A DNA stretch of 63,912 bases, counting the filler, from Neolecta irregularis DAH-3 (lineage: Eukaryota): assembly GCA_001929475.1 (NCBI GenBank). It is 7 parts of 7 records of this genome, joined end to end, with 100 filler letters (N's around TTAATTAATTAA, not from the genome) between each part and the next. Parts side by side here need not be neighbours in the genome. Positions count along the whole stretch, not along the records: positions 1 to 24,487 come from LXFE01000755.1; 6 more parts are not named here. One strand, 5' to 3'. This document shows positions 1 through 12,427 of this stretch, piece after piece. Each line of letters opens with the position of its first letter. Position 1 is the stretch's first letter. Both the position numbers and the translations under genes were made by a program. Under the pieces are notes generated by a model. That model saw nothing but the letters and a program-made list of their open reading frames with translations, made no database searches and had not been told where the DNA came from.

Positions 1-851
1 CCTGCCCGGCCCGCCCCCCATAGACGACTTCACCCAGCGCGTCATCAACTTCCTCGGCCCCTTTTGCGCAGACTTTGCCTTCAGGCATCTCGAGGTCCCG
101 CCCCCCGCCCAGCCCCCTCCCGCGCTCACCCCGCAGATCGAGGCAAAGCTCGGCACCTTTGTCCATCCAAAGACTCGCCAGCGCATCGCCCTCCCCTTCC
201 AGTCAGAGGGCGTCATCCACTCGCCCCAGGTCGACGCAAACTTCCGGTCCACAATCACCCCCGTACAACCACCCCTCCGCCCGCTCTCTAATCCCAGAAA
301 CAGCACTTCCACTTCAACCAGCTCCTGAACCAGCAGGTCGTCCATGGCCTCACCTACTCCCACTCTAAACTCGTCGACAACTTCCATCCAGACTCCTCCT
401 CCACAGACCGCAGAGGGCCCCTGATCAGAGTCACCACCGTAGAATCAACGTCGGAAATAAAACAATGCGTCCAGAAAAAACGTCTCGCAAATCTAGATGT
501 CTACTCCCCAAACGATCTCTTCGACTGGCGCATCTCCGTAAACTCGGAAATCCCAGGTCATTCCTTTCCTCTCAGTACTAACCTACAGTAAATACCCCTT
601 CCACTCCCTCCCTTCGCTCCCGCCGCAAAGACCGCAGAACATACAACTCCTCCTTTGCCAGAATAGATCTCACAGAAGTCATCGCCGCCGAGGAAAAATC
701 TTGGGAACTAGAAATGGAAATCGAAGATCTCGAAGATTTACGTTTACATGCTGTTCGTTATCAATCAGGCAAGGAAAACAGGTTTGGCGAATTGGTAAAG
801 TTGTTTGTCGAGCAGTTTAGAGCGTTTGTCACTCGTAGGATCGATGCTTGA
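1..851 (+). CDS. CET1: mRNA capping enzyme beta subunit / RNA 5'-triphosphatase (CYTH family), 5' end outside window, 3 introns
   Basis: Manual splicing gives HLE|IEAKLG (motif A), IRVT, KKRLANLDVYSPNDLFDWRISVNSE, RRKDRRTY, RIDLTEV and ELEMEI (motif B); stop TGA at 849-851. Missed by the ORF track. Confidence 0.88.
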
Positions 852-912
852 TCAATCAATTGCCTAGCTTAATTCATAATGGATGTGACAATGTATATTT
901 ATCTCGGAATCC

Positions 913-983
913 ATGCTTGCAATATCGACATAAGATATCAATTAATGCTTGTTGCAATATTGATATTCATAAGATATCAATTA
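913..983. repeat. Two-copy imperfect tandem repeat (about 32-39 bp)
   Basis: atgcttgcaatatcgacataagatatcaatta followed by atgcttgttgcaatattgatattcataagatatcaatta. Confidence 0.7.
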
Positions 984-1091
984 CCAGGTAAACGGTTATT
1001 CACCAGCTCTTGGATATCTATTGAAAATTAAACTTGTTTGTATTTCGAAATATCTATATTCCTAGCACTTTGGTTTCTAGCATTCCGGGAC

Positions 1092-3027
1092 TTATTGAAA
1101 GGTTCTTTGCGCAAACCCAATCTAAACGTCAGTTGCTGTCTAAATGGAGATCAACCCTCGCTATCCCATCATTCATGTCGAAAATCGCGTATACACTCTT
1201 CAATAGAGAACCCCCTATTCATTCAGTTTCACTTCTTGCAAAGAGGTTATACCAAAGATCCACGCAGGTGTGCTATGCCTCATTTTATCAATAAAGGCAG
1301 CTCCAATTATTCCAACGATACATTTCGAAGGATCAAAATCCTCCTAAACAATTAGTTTTTCTCTGTCGCAATAGATACTGGTCCAAAGTTCATATCCCTC
1401 GAATCTAAAGGCCAGCTTCGTCCGGCAAATACTACTTCGAACCGCGGAAAGTTTATGCACGGAACATTGTAATACGCAAACTCATCAGAACTATTCTCGG
1501 ATCTCTTTGCATCCTGTGTATTCCAAAAGAGTGTTTCCAAAGTTTCCGGAGAAGTCATAATCAGGGTAGAGCCAGAATCAATAATTGCGTCATGTTTCCA
1601 GAAGAAGGCATCCCTATCATTGATTTTCATGCCGTCAAGCTTAATCTTCCAATAACGACTGATCTTCTCCGGTATTACCACGCTCCAAGATATGTCCCCA
1701 GTGAAATCTGAAGATTCTATTGCCCCAAAAGTAATCTTTGAAACACCCTTATTAATGGTGTATCGGTTTAACGATAATGAAAAGAGGTTCCGTGTCAATG
1801 AACAAGATTTAACGAGATTTTCAAAAATGGGCAGTGAATTGGTTTGTGACAGGCCTTGAAATGCAAGTCCTAGAATACCATCCATAGGAGGTGGCATGCT
1901 ATCCGCTTGCTCAAAATCCCTTGTTAATTAGTCAAAGTCATCCAGTGGCATACCTACACGACAAGAAAGTTCTGCTGCTCGACTGTCAAATCCCCCAACA
2001 CCATGGTATCCGAGAGGAGTTTTCCCGTTACTGTTCCGCTGCCATATCTACATTCAAAATATTTTCCGAGACTTTTAGCAGTGGAATTGAATTTATAACC
2101 ATTCTTGCCGAGGTAGTTGGTACAATTTTCCCCTGGCACCCAAATATCAGACGACCCGGTGTCGAAGATCACGTTAAAGACTTGCGGCGGGTTTCCTATT
2201 GACAAATGTCCATACCATTCTGCAACAGATTAGTTTTTCCAGAGTCTATATCTAACCCATATCCGTATTCTCCTCAGGAATGTAGAAATCAGTCAACTCT
2301 ACCGTGGTCGCTGTTCTTGCTTTCCTTTTATCTTTGTACGAATTAAGATAGTGCCTTCGGTTGACTGCTCGAGATACGTTAATCGGTGGATCGGGCACTT
2401 CATTTCCGTATTTATCCTAGTTCTATTAGTTATATCTCCAACAGAAGGCAATTCCTTCAACTTGTTAACTAGCGCCTTTAACGTATCATGAGTGCCTGTC
2501 GCTTTTTCCGTGTTATTGTTTGGTAAGTCATCCAACATTCGAAAATGTACTGTCCGCTTCCCTTTGGCAGAGATTGTCCCTTGAACATGGCGTTTTTGGA
2601 GTGGAAATTTCGGCAAGATCGCGGAATCAAGGCAGGTTAATCTTTTGCAAAACTTTGGGTCGAAATGACCAAAGTCAACTCCAAAGGAAGAATGACTTTG
2701 CCCGCAATGAGAATCATCTTGTGTTATTTCAAAAGCAGGAAACGACGGAGATGCAAGAATGCCGGGTGCTTGGGATTGTGCCTCTAATTGAAACCTAGAA
2801 CATAAATTTATCACTCAAGAGGAGGATTACTCTGAGTGAAAAGATTCTGGTTCCCCATTGATGTTTGTCTGAAGTATTTGTTCAACATTTTGCGAGGAGG
2901 GCTCGAGTGATACGGGGGAATAAATCTCCTGCAACAGCGGGGTTTGATCGGCATGAACCCCAAAAGTAATACCGCATAATGATTCAAAGATACTGAAAGA
3001 GAGAAAGATTATGCCATAATTCAACAT
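1092..3027 (-). CDS. Secreted pepsin-like aspartic protease (A1 family), multi-exon
   Basis: Signal peptide MLNYGIIFLSFSIF; IGNPPQVFNVIFDTGSSDIWV; flap YGSG; DGILGLAF; AIIDSGST; C-terminal WIF|GGSLLKSVYAIFD...IGFA. Confidence 0.9.
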
Positions 3028-3875
3028 GGTGACGAACAACTTTAAGCAGAAAACATCGCTGATATTTATTATTTGGATACCAGGGAAATTTTCTAAGAAA
3101 GCTCGGGGAAATAGATTGGCCCTTGCCTCTTACAATTAGCTGTCACACACCATTTTTGTTAGCCGACTAGGGGGTCAGAATGAAAAATGTAAGCGGTAGC
3201 GCGACTATTGATGCGATATAGAAAGCTTGTAAACCCATGCATTCCAATAGTCTTAATATCGGATTATTCCTGCAGGAATCTGGTTTCAGAATGGTAACCG
3301 TCACAGACAATTACTTCTGACAAAGACCAAAAGGGTTGAAGATTCTGTATCCCCTGGATTGTCCTACATTATGAAACAGCTTGAAGAGGTTTCAGGGCTA
3401 AAAATCAGCGAGCTCAGAGCAGCTAACGAAGTTCAAGTTTGAAACACGCAGAGGAAATCCACGATGGGTCTTCAAGTTTTGCGACTATCGGTGAGTGGGG
3501 AAAGTGAGGAGGACGAGTTGAAATGAGAGAAAATGTATATTCCAAGGCTGGCTCCAGGTTCATTCTTGTAAAAGCAGAAGATTCCCAAGGCCTTCTTTTT
3601 TCCTGCAGAATGTGAGCTAACTAGAAAAATACAAAAAACTATTAAAAGCTATTCGCAAAGGAGAAGGAAAGGCTGACCACTGGTGACTCGGCGTTTTACC
3701 ATTTCGTTGAAGAAAAGTCGAATTTGGGATTGGCTCCTATTGATTTTCCAAGTGGTGGGCCTTGTTTAGCAGGGCTTTCACGTTCCTTAGAGTCGAGTAT
3801 TGGATAATTGTGCCAGAAGGAAGGAAGAAAGAAAAGTTCTTCAAATAATATTTTGTGCGAGGAAGTGAGGTGTGT

Positions 3876-4360
3876 TGTGAGCATGTCGAGTATCCGGGCT
3901 AGTATTCGGGTAGGCTTCCGCTTAGGTGAAATGGTTGATTTGCGTATATACTCAAGATCAAAGCAACTACATAAAGTCAAGGCCTTGGTGAAGCCTTGTT
4001 TGCTAATCAAGCCAGGCGCTACTTATAACACAAACAGGCATGTGCTCATTTCCTAGCTCTGTTCGCCTCCCCACTTACATTTCTGGTGGCAAGACCTGTG
4101 ATAGTCTTCAATGGGCAAGATGGTTCTTCTTGCCACCATACGTAATGTCTAATCGCGGCATGTGGGAAATCAGCACGTTCCCACAGGTGTCACTGTCTTC
4201 CAGAGTCATATGCAGCTTCCAGGGTTTCCTGGTATGAGAAAAGAAAGGGAGCAGGGAGATGATAGGGAATACTTTCGAGAGAGAGGATAAGTCATGCGGC
4301 AGTGATTTATGGTGTCCTTTTAGCTGCAGTAAAAATGGCGAAAACGTGTCTCCCATCACA
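3876..4360 (-). mobile_element. Solo LTR-like copy, family B (degenerate)
   Basis: TG...CA ends; shares aaagcaactacata...gctaatcaagccaggcgctacttata...ggtggcaagacctgtgat with 35850-35990 and (reverse complement) 60850-60990. Confidence 0.55.
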
Positions 4361-4539
4361 AGTGCATTTCAAAGTGGTAGTTTCCTAAGATAGCGTATAT
4401 CCGAGAAATCTTGATACACGTTCGGACATCTCTCGATCAATACCGTGAAACCCCGGACAGGACCCCGGTTTAACCATATCAACACTTTGGCATTATCAAT
4501 GCATAACACTTTGGCATTAGAGCTATGAATAGCTTCACA

Positions 4540-4579
4540 TGAGCCCATAGGCTGGGCTTTGGCCCATCCACAACACTGC
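4540..4579. mobile_element. DNA-transposon (hAT-like) terminus fragment
   Basis: gcccataggctgggctttggcccatccacaacactg; reverse complement begins CAGTGTTGTGGATGGGC; similar end at 6590-6622. Confidence 0.4.
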
Positions 4580-5346
4580 AAGGCAAAGAGTCAGAGTGCG
4601 ACCCCTGAGAGCTGTGGCATCCCCAGACTTCCTCAGTAAGAAGTCTTTTGTGGTAATTGAGATAAGCTGAGACTGAGGGCAGAGATGGAAGCAGCTTAGG
4701 CGTCCTGGAGGTGCATCGAAAGCAGAAATCTATTGGGTTGAGGGTGAGACACAGGATAAGAAAGTGTTCAGAAGAAGTGTAATTTCACCGGGTGCGCAAC
4801 CCGTGCTACAGTACTGTATGCATGTCCTACGCAGGTGTCTCATATCCCGAGAGTGGAATATATATTTCACTCGCTCTCCTTATAGGCAGTCCTTTTCATC
4901 AACATGTTATTTTCATGGTATTGCCTTGCCTCAAACTTGTTTTTATTCTCACAGGTCGCTATGGCTTGTTGCCCTTCCTGTTTTTCATCTTGCTGCATCA
5001 CATCAGTTTGGAGAAACCTCGGTCGTGGTCGACAACACTGTACAGCAAAGCGTAGAGGCATGGAAACACTTACTCAGTCACAACCCTAAATCAGGCCTTC
5101 CAATTTGTAAACCGGACGCTTACGAAGATATCAAGAAGTTATACGGAACTCCCTTCCTGTTCGTTGCCCTCGTTTTAGATAGATGTGATGCTCGTTCACC
5201 ATCGCACAAGCCGATTCTCTCACGTCGTAGTTCCATGTCACGTCGCGTAAAGTTGCGAAATTCTGCGAGAGAATTGGTAAATACCTGCACTTTTAATTAC
5301 ACTAATTTACCAGTACAAAATAAAAGTTCTTTCACCTTATCAAAAC

Positions 5347-6116
5347 ATGGCTAAGGATATCATTGCACAAATTTCACGAAGGGACGATTCAAAAGAACAA
5401 GAACTTTGGGCACGTAAAAACCTTGTAAAACTTGCGAGTCCATTTCCCCAGATCGACAAGACACTTGAATCGCCTGGGTTCCTGGATTGGTCACCACCCA
5501 GAAATGCAGCGTCCCAATTTGGAACGAGTTGCCCTCCTCGAAGCCCCAACCATAAAACAACCAAACGAAAATGGCAATTGCACACCGGGGTTGAACCTCA
5601 TAAAGTGGCAAGGATCGATAATGTCTATGTAAATTCTGAAATTGGCGCGTTTCTACTACCAGAGGATTTGCTGACAGCACAGAAACACCTTCGCCAGGTC
5701 AAGCCACAAGCACTTTGTATTTTTTGCCGGATGATGTTGTCCCTCTTGGATCTTCAACAGATACAGTTGGTGGAGGTAGTCATTCTAAAATTGACGAATC
5801 TTCTCTACAATGGGATTTGGCTGTACAGTATCATCTTTCTGAGATGGGCTATATCAAAATACCCTTACCCCCTCATTTCTTACAGGACAATCCGGTCTCT
5901 GATATAAGAGGCACTCCTTTTGCAATTGACGAGGTGGATTGGGACGATATCCTAAAAGCACCAGATCAATCACCAAGCACCTTGGATTCCTTACCAAAAG
6001 ATCTTGTCCATCATGGATCTTCAGCAGAAACAGTAGGCGGAGGTAGTCATTCTGAAATTGACGAACTTCTATCTCAATGGGATCCGGATGGCAGCACAGA
6101 AACATATTCGCACTAG
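5347..6116 (+). CDS. Orphan hypothetical protein, probably one intron (about 5629-5676), with an internal duplicated segment
   Basis: ORF 5347 joins ORF 5715 via a GTAAAT...CTGACAG intron; GSS(T/A)(D/E)TVGGGSHS(K/E)IDE..xQWD occurs twice. Confidence 0.45.
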
Positions 6117-6139
6117 GAGACATGAAAACACTGCAATTA

Positions 6140-6295
6140 AAAGATTAGAGTATATAAGGAAGAGAGATACTTCTACCTCGCTTGAATTACTTTTATATAA
6201 CTCAAGTCAAGTATGTCTCGGGGATTACGTTCATATAACTTAGGTTGGACAATTAAACCTGGTCTTCCTTGTACCTCAGGCATACAACTTAGACA
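6140..6295 (+). mobile_element. Degenerate solo LTR, family A (3' part)
   Basis: acttaggttggacaattaaacctggtctt...caacttagaca resembles the ends at 12270, 24653 and 35525. Confidence 0.45.
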
Positions 6296-6359
6296 GTCGA
6301 ACCTGGCTATAACGAAGTAACTTGGCAGCGTGTTCAGTGACGGGATGAATGGGATAAAC

Positions 6360-7100
6360 AGGCGGGGGAGAAGGAGCGCGAGGTGGGAGAGACGCGCGAG
6401 AAGTGCGTGCGAGGCTGCAGAGGCGGGACGGGAGAGGCAGGCGAGACGGGTTGGTGAGGCGGGCAGGCGAGGCGGGTAGGAAGGCGGATAGGGATGAGAC
6501 AGGGGGGAAGGGCTGCCCTAAATAGTATTATCTCATATCACGTGAAAAGGCCCGTCTTGGCACATGGGCCGATGGGCGGGGCTTTTCATGGGCGAGGCTT
6601 AGCCCATGGCCCGTCCACAACACACTTCTTGGGTGAGCAACTAGGATTTGGTGTTGAAAGGTGAAAAGGCAGGTGGCAATATCACAATGAGAGCAGCTTG
6701 TACCAGTTAACAAAAACTCCAAGAAGATAAGAATATAAAGATATAATTGTTATAATTATGGTGGGGGAGGTTGGGAAAGGTACAGTTTTAAAATTGGAGT
6801 GGTGGTGGCAGTATGTCAACTGCCTGTACAGCCAATAATTACAGAATGTGAAAGAGTATTCAGCGAAACAGCAAAACTGATTTCTGATGAAATAAACCAC
6901 ATTGGGGATGACACAGTTGAAGCAGGCGAGCTGAAGAAATGGCCTGATAGAAATCAATTTATATTAGCAATTATTGTTATTTAGTGAATTCGGGATTGCA
7001 CCTATATAAATTGTTAATAATTGCTGCCACCGGGGAACTATTGACCCGCCCGCCGGAGGGTCTCCAACCGCGGCCGGCGGGCGGGCGGTTGGACACGGTG
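6360..7100 (+). mobile_element. hAT transposon remnants: G-rich subterminal repeats, C-terminal dimerisation-domain fragment (6799-6945) and GC-rich terminus
   Basis: PIITECERVFSETAKLISDEINHIGDDTVEAGELKKW matches the hAT dimerisation consensus (ERVFS...L.D.T.EA...LK.W); followed by a CCCGCCCGCC...GGCGGGCGGG hairpin and ggacacggtg end. Confidence 0.75.
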
Positions 7101-7171
7101 AGCGACTGACCATCAAATCTTCATGTCCAAATACTTTTAATCTCCGCTCTTGTTCCATTCATCCTAATCCG

Positions 7172-9316
7172 ATGTCTACCCAGACAATTCATTCGACAAA
7201 TTTAATTCAGTTGAAACACCAAATTATTGGCCATCCTCAGAGGAAGTTGGAGTTATTTTCCCAATCACTGTGTCAGGATATTATCGCTTTATTGGACACA
7301 GGTGACGTGGCTCAACGGGTTCAATCTACCATAATAATGGGCTCTTTAGCGCACGGCATTACCGTCTCCTCAAACAGAGAGAGCTAACAAAAGGTGGTGA
7401 GCGTATATCCCAAAGTTTGCTGGAACGCGGTGTAGTTCAACAACTGCTGTCGAATTTAAAGGGACCGATAACCCTGATTTCACCATCCTTGAAAGCTCTT
7501 CGAACCCTGACTGGATATCAATCTCACGAAAATCAACATATCTTTCAACCAGATATCCTCGAAAGACTCAAAACTCTGCTTCCAGAGTTTTCGTCATCTA
7601 TCTCAACCATCATCGCGAACTGTACGATTACCAACGATCAGCAACGTCTTCTATCCGATTCTAATATAATGGAAACGCTTTTATCATGTTTACGGAATAA
7701 TGAAAAAGCGGTGTTGAAGGCACTCTGTGCTGCCTCGTTGGACAACATGGACATCTGCATGTTGATTGCGTCTCGAGAGCTGCCATATATTGTTGCCTTA
7801 CAAAAATCTCAAGATCCCGAAATTCAGCTTTCGGCTGTTAACCTAGTTGCAAACTTATATCAACAGGCTTGTATACCGGCTACGTATCGAAGGAGGTTAT
7901 TAGATACAAGCATTCCTATTCTCGTGAGACTGTTTGAAATGGGGGATGCCCCAATGGTATTATGTATCTCAGGTCATGTTTGAACATATTACTAAACTCT
8001 CAAGCCAAATTGATTTCCCAAGGAGAAGACCTCCAGAAAGCAGCGTTCGCAAGCGGTGTCATCGATAAACTCAATATACTTCTCTCAAATTCTCTAGGGA
8101 GCGCAAACCGTTATGAGGTATATGTTGCCCATCATTTAACTGAGATCAAGTCCGCCCTAAATCTCACCGCAACTCTTTCTCTTACACTCGATACACACAG
8201 AAAAGCGGTTATCTCGGCTGGATTAATTCCACATATAATCGCCTCCTTTCAGCATCCTAATGCCAAGGTCCGTGCTGCGGCAGCTTTTGCAACAAGAAGT
8301 CTATCGCGAAGCGTGTGTATCCTAAGGACATCTCTCGTCGATGCCGGGATCGCTGGTCCATTATTCAAACTTCTGAATGATAGTGATGAGAGTGTACAGG
8401 TTCAGGCTACAGCTGCAGTTTGCAATATGGTTTTGGAATTTAGCCCGATGAAAAAAGTACCCATTAATCTGTGACTTCGTCTGAATCATAGATTATCATG
8501 GATCAGGGAATTCTACCAGTATTAGGAAAACATGCATTGAGTATGAACCCAGAGCTACGAACCAATGCTTGCTGGGCCATTAAACACCTCGTCTATAACG
8601 CAGAGATTGATACTAAAAAGATGGTAGTTGAAGCAATGGATCTTGACTTTCTTCTACGGTATAATCCTGTCTTTCTTGGTTGATTGTGTAGTTTATGTAA
8701 TGACGGAATTCCAAATGTTGAAGAACAAGCTCTCGAAATCATTCGAAACATCGCTAGCGGTGGTTCATTAGTATTTGTTTTCAGAGAACTATCCTGACAA
8801 CCTAGAGTGTTGAGCTGATACTTAGAAGTGAACAAGATTGTCGGAATATCTTCAGTCTTCTCCTCCGAAAACTTGCTTCAAACACAAATCAATTAATCAG
8901 TCCAGCAATCTATGTTATCGTCCACATCGCCGCAGGCAATACAGCTCAACAACAATTCCTCTTTCAACACGATAACATCTTGATAAAATCACTTCTACGC
9001 TTTCTTAGTTCTTTAGATAAAGATATTCGATTGGGCGTTGTCTGGACCATTATCAACCTGACTCATTCCGAAGAAAACACTGATTACATGGGTATTCAAA
9101 TTCCCTACGAAAGCTAAAGGCGCAGAATCAGCAAGGTCAGCTCGCACACTAAACGAGTTTGGCTTCCTATCAAAATTGCTCAAAATGAAAGAAGATCGCG
9201 TGATGGATATTCGAGAACGTGTGAAAAATGCAATCACACAATTTTCTATTCAAGGAATTGCCGAAAATCACGCAATCGAAATTGATGAGAACATGGAAAA
9301 TGAGGAGTTTGCGTGA
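7172..9316 (+). CDS. VID28: Armadillo-repeat protein ARMC8/Vid28(Gid5)-like, GID/CTLH ubiquitin-ligase subunit; about 6 introns
   Basis: LKHQIIGHPQRK, GSLAH|GG, RSLSRSVCILRTSLVDAG, CNMVLEFSPMK, NACWAIKHL, VWTIINL, MDIRERVK. Confidence 0.85.
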
Positions 9317-9469
9317 ATGATAGATTGTACAAGAACAAAACCATCGAGGTTCTGGGGTTGAGAGCGACTGATATTTGTGTAGAACTACGGCTTTCAAATA
9401 GAAGGCCCGCGCTATAGCGGGGACTATTTGTGCCGATGGTTCGATTGGCCGTGCTTTGAAGACAGGAAA

Positions 9470-10070
9470 TCAGTTGGTTTTTCGGGCTTTATATAGTTTT
9501 TCCTTGGCGTCCTGCAAGAACTAAGAAAGCCATCATGCCAAATTATCTACTAGGTGATGCCATGAAGTTTGACCAGCAGCTCCTTGGTTATTATTTCGAT
9601 ACAGTCATATAACCATCAATGCTGAAATGCATAGTCCATAACTTTCTATAATAATCAAATGAATTTGTTATGTGAAAAGAGATATAATTTAGCGTATATC
9701 AGATTGCCGACTTCCTTGCAACAACTGCAAGATTATACATGATATTAATATCAGATGATCTTCTCTCAAATTACAGGGAAGGTATCATATACAGCGTTTC
9801 CGTGGAAAATCTGCAAAGAGTCTGTCTTCATTAATGTCTCATTATGTTGGACGAAGATAAATAAATGCATTTGTCGCTAACCTTCGAGGATATGAATTTT
9901 AGGTTCCAGGTCATATCTCACATGCTCCTCCATAGAAATTCGTAATTTTACTTTTGCTCGACCTTGTTGCATTGCGAAGCTTCATTAATTATCCACTAAC
10001 CCTAAACCCTAGCACTTTGTTTCAGCAACTTACGAGATCTCCCAATGTCCAGCTGGATCAATTCTTCCAT
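9470..10070 (-). CDS. Possible small multi-exon hypothetical gene
   Basis: ATG (MEELIQLDIGRS) followed by a GTAAGT donor, further GT..AG segments and a final DAKEKLYKARKTN* frame; could not be assembled unambiguously. Confidence 0.25.
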
Positions 10071-10191
10071 GCCTTTGCCTTTAGACACCTTTATTACGGA
10101 TGATATAATATATTAGAACTCTCTCTTCAATACTTGCTTTCATACGGCACAACACTTTCAATCAAACCAAGAAAAATGAGAAACGAAATCG

Positions 10192-11263
10192 TTAGATATT
10201 CATCAACTTGTCTCTCCATTCGCGATACAAGGCGTCCATCTTTTGACGCACTTCCAGACTTTCCTCCATTCTGCAGTCTTCCACCACAGTCTTTCGGATC
10301 TTTTCTCTTCCCATTCTCGTTGTTCCACTTCCCCATTTGTAGCTACTATCACCCTTCCCCAATGCGCAGAATATAATGCTCGAGGCTCCCTTCTCGGCGG
10401 TGACCGGATGCCACGGACTTCCCATCCATCTGACCAAATACATTAGAAACACCATAACCCAGACTAATGGCAATGACAAGTGATCGCGAAATATATTAGT
10501 TGCGCAGACTCCAGGATGGCATAAATACTCATCCTTCTTCGAAGAGACATGTAACATATCCATCAATCTCTTAGAAGATCCGTAGGGATAGGGGGTTTGC
10601 AGTCCTTGAATATCATTGATCTGGAAACTACTAGGATAGGCCTCGAGGCTAGATTCCCAGACTACTCGTTTATGGATATCGATGAGCCGTTGTTGGATGT
10701 AGTAGTGAGCAAATACATTGACCTGGAAAACATAACCAAGGCCGTCCATTGTACGTGTCCCAATCTTCTGAATTTTGTAGTTTGAATGTGTTATAGCGTG
10801 AATTGGATTTGAGAGTAAAGCGGTGATTGCAGCACCCCATGAAAGACCGTTGAAGTCGCCAGCCCCAGCGTTGAAAATCAGAGTATGAAGATGCGGAAAC
10901 AAACTTACTACTTTAGCGAACGTCAAACAAGCGCAGTGAGAGGGAAGGAGGGAATAATTCTGAGAAATCTAGGAGGTAACGTACCTGCGAATTTCTCTCA
11001 CTGCCACCTCGACGCTCCTCATATCCCCTAAATCAAGGCAAACAAACTTGACGTTGATGCTTTTCCCAAACTCTTTTTGCAGTCGACCCAGGGTATCCAT
11101 TGCCCGTTGCTTATTTCGGCAAGTGATAATCAAGTCTGCATTTAGATCCATCAGTAAGAGCCGGCGACATATTCCATATCCAATACCACTGTACTATGAA
11201 AATGAATTACGAATAATTAGCATACGCATTTGCACCGGTAATCAGGGTTTGAGGAATGGACAT
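10192..11263 (-). CDS. ERG27: 3-keto-steroid reductase (SDR family), 2 introns
   Basis: LITGAN|AGIGYGICRRL, IITCR, LIFNAG, DGLGYVFQVNVFAHY, WESSLEA, YGSSKRLMD, HPGVCAT, GSPWH. Confidence 0.93.
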
Positions 11264-11588
11264 CGTATTTTGTAGATTAAGCGAAAAGAAGACAATGTTA
11301 GCTGGTTTAAATACCCTGCAATGTTCGGCTAAAAGTTTTACTGCTCACTGATAGTCTCGGGGGTTGGGTTGCCGATTTATCAACCCATCTAACGCGTGGT
11401 TGTGGCCAGGTAGAATGGAACATGTGACGGAAGAGTTTCGATTTTCTTTACCACTGTCTTCCACATCCGACCCGCATTATTGGAATCGGAAGGATGCGCT
11501 CAATTTCGCCTCGTCCAGAGAACAACGAAGATAATGGTTTTTAATTGCCCTAAGAGTATTTTTCACATTTATCTAGTAGCTCGTTTAT

Positions 11589-11775
11589 TGTAAGTATGAG
11601 ACCTCGATACGAATAAGACTAGGATATATTTCTAGCTTCTTGAGATACGAGAATCTTAGCTAGGTACGTCCTTATGTAACGTATATTGAGCAGTATCCCT
11701 TCCATTCATCGCATATTCTAAATCTGAGTACCTTTGTGGATTTTAAAGGAATTATATGTTATGTATATCATAACA
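11589..11775 (-). mobile_element. Solo LTR, family A (inverted relative to 12088 copy)
   Basis: TGTAAG...TAACA ends; tcgatacgaataagactagg is the reverse complement of the motif at 12236-12255; no clear TSD. Confidence 0.55.
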
Positions 11776-12087
11776 TATGGTTCACAGATAAAGCGAATCT
11801 GCACAATATCGAGCAAGCCTCGGCCTAGCATTGAAAATCAAGCACTGCTCTTATCTGAAGAAGCGAATGTATTGTGTTTTCTTCATACAGGATCAAGTGA
11901 TGGGTTATCCACATCTACTAGTCACCACAAATTTTTCTCGATACAAGACTTTAAAGCAAAACCAAAATCAAGCTACAGAGAGCATTATAGAACTGGGCGT
12001 TTATTGTTACACAATACTTTTGGTCCTTACTAAAAATGTTGTTCGTAAGAAAGATCCCTGCAGCAGTGACAGCTGTGGGACGACCTA

Positions 12088-12270
12088 TGTAAGCTTATGC
12101 CCTCGGGTATGGCTTCCCATTACGGAAGGAAAGCTTGCAATGATATTTCGGCATTTTAATTTGTCCTAATTTATCAAAGGTAGATAGGTGTTCGTACCTA
12201 GTCAAGTTCAAGTCACTTAGGCTAGTATAATAAATCTGGTCTTATTCGTATTCGAGCTTCAACACTTGCA
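12088..12270 (+). mobile_element. Solo LTR, family A (183 bp)
   Basis: TGTAAG...CTTGCA ends, flanked by ACCTA/ACTTA (5-bp TSD with one mismatch). Confidence 0.7.
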
Positions 12271-12427
12271 ACTTATGACTTCATAGGACATAACTGAACA
12301 TCACCGGCTGAAAAGAAGGATATGCAATGGCTCTAACAGATATCATAGATTTGCACGTGCCTAACAGACAAAAACTTTTCACCAGTACCAGCACTGACAA
12401 CATACCGAGTTCCTGTACAAACATATC

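Noticed and set aside
64-368. Pro/Arg-rich ORFs in the track, and similar ORFs at 4764-5354, 55308-55747 and 60687-60974
   Set aside because: Off-frame readings of CET1 or of GC-rich repeats, or without any recognisable coding signal.
9995-10012. ctaaccctaaaccctag telomere-like motif
   Set aside because: Only two imperfect units; expected by chance.
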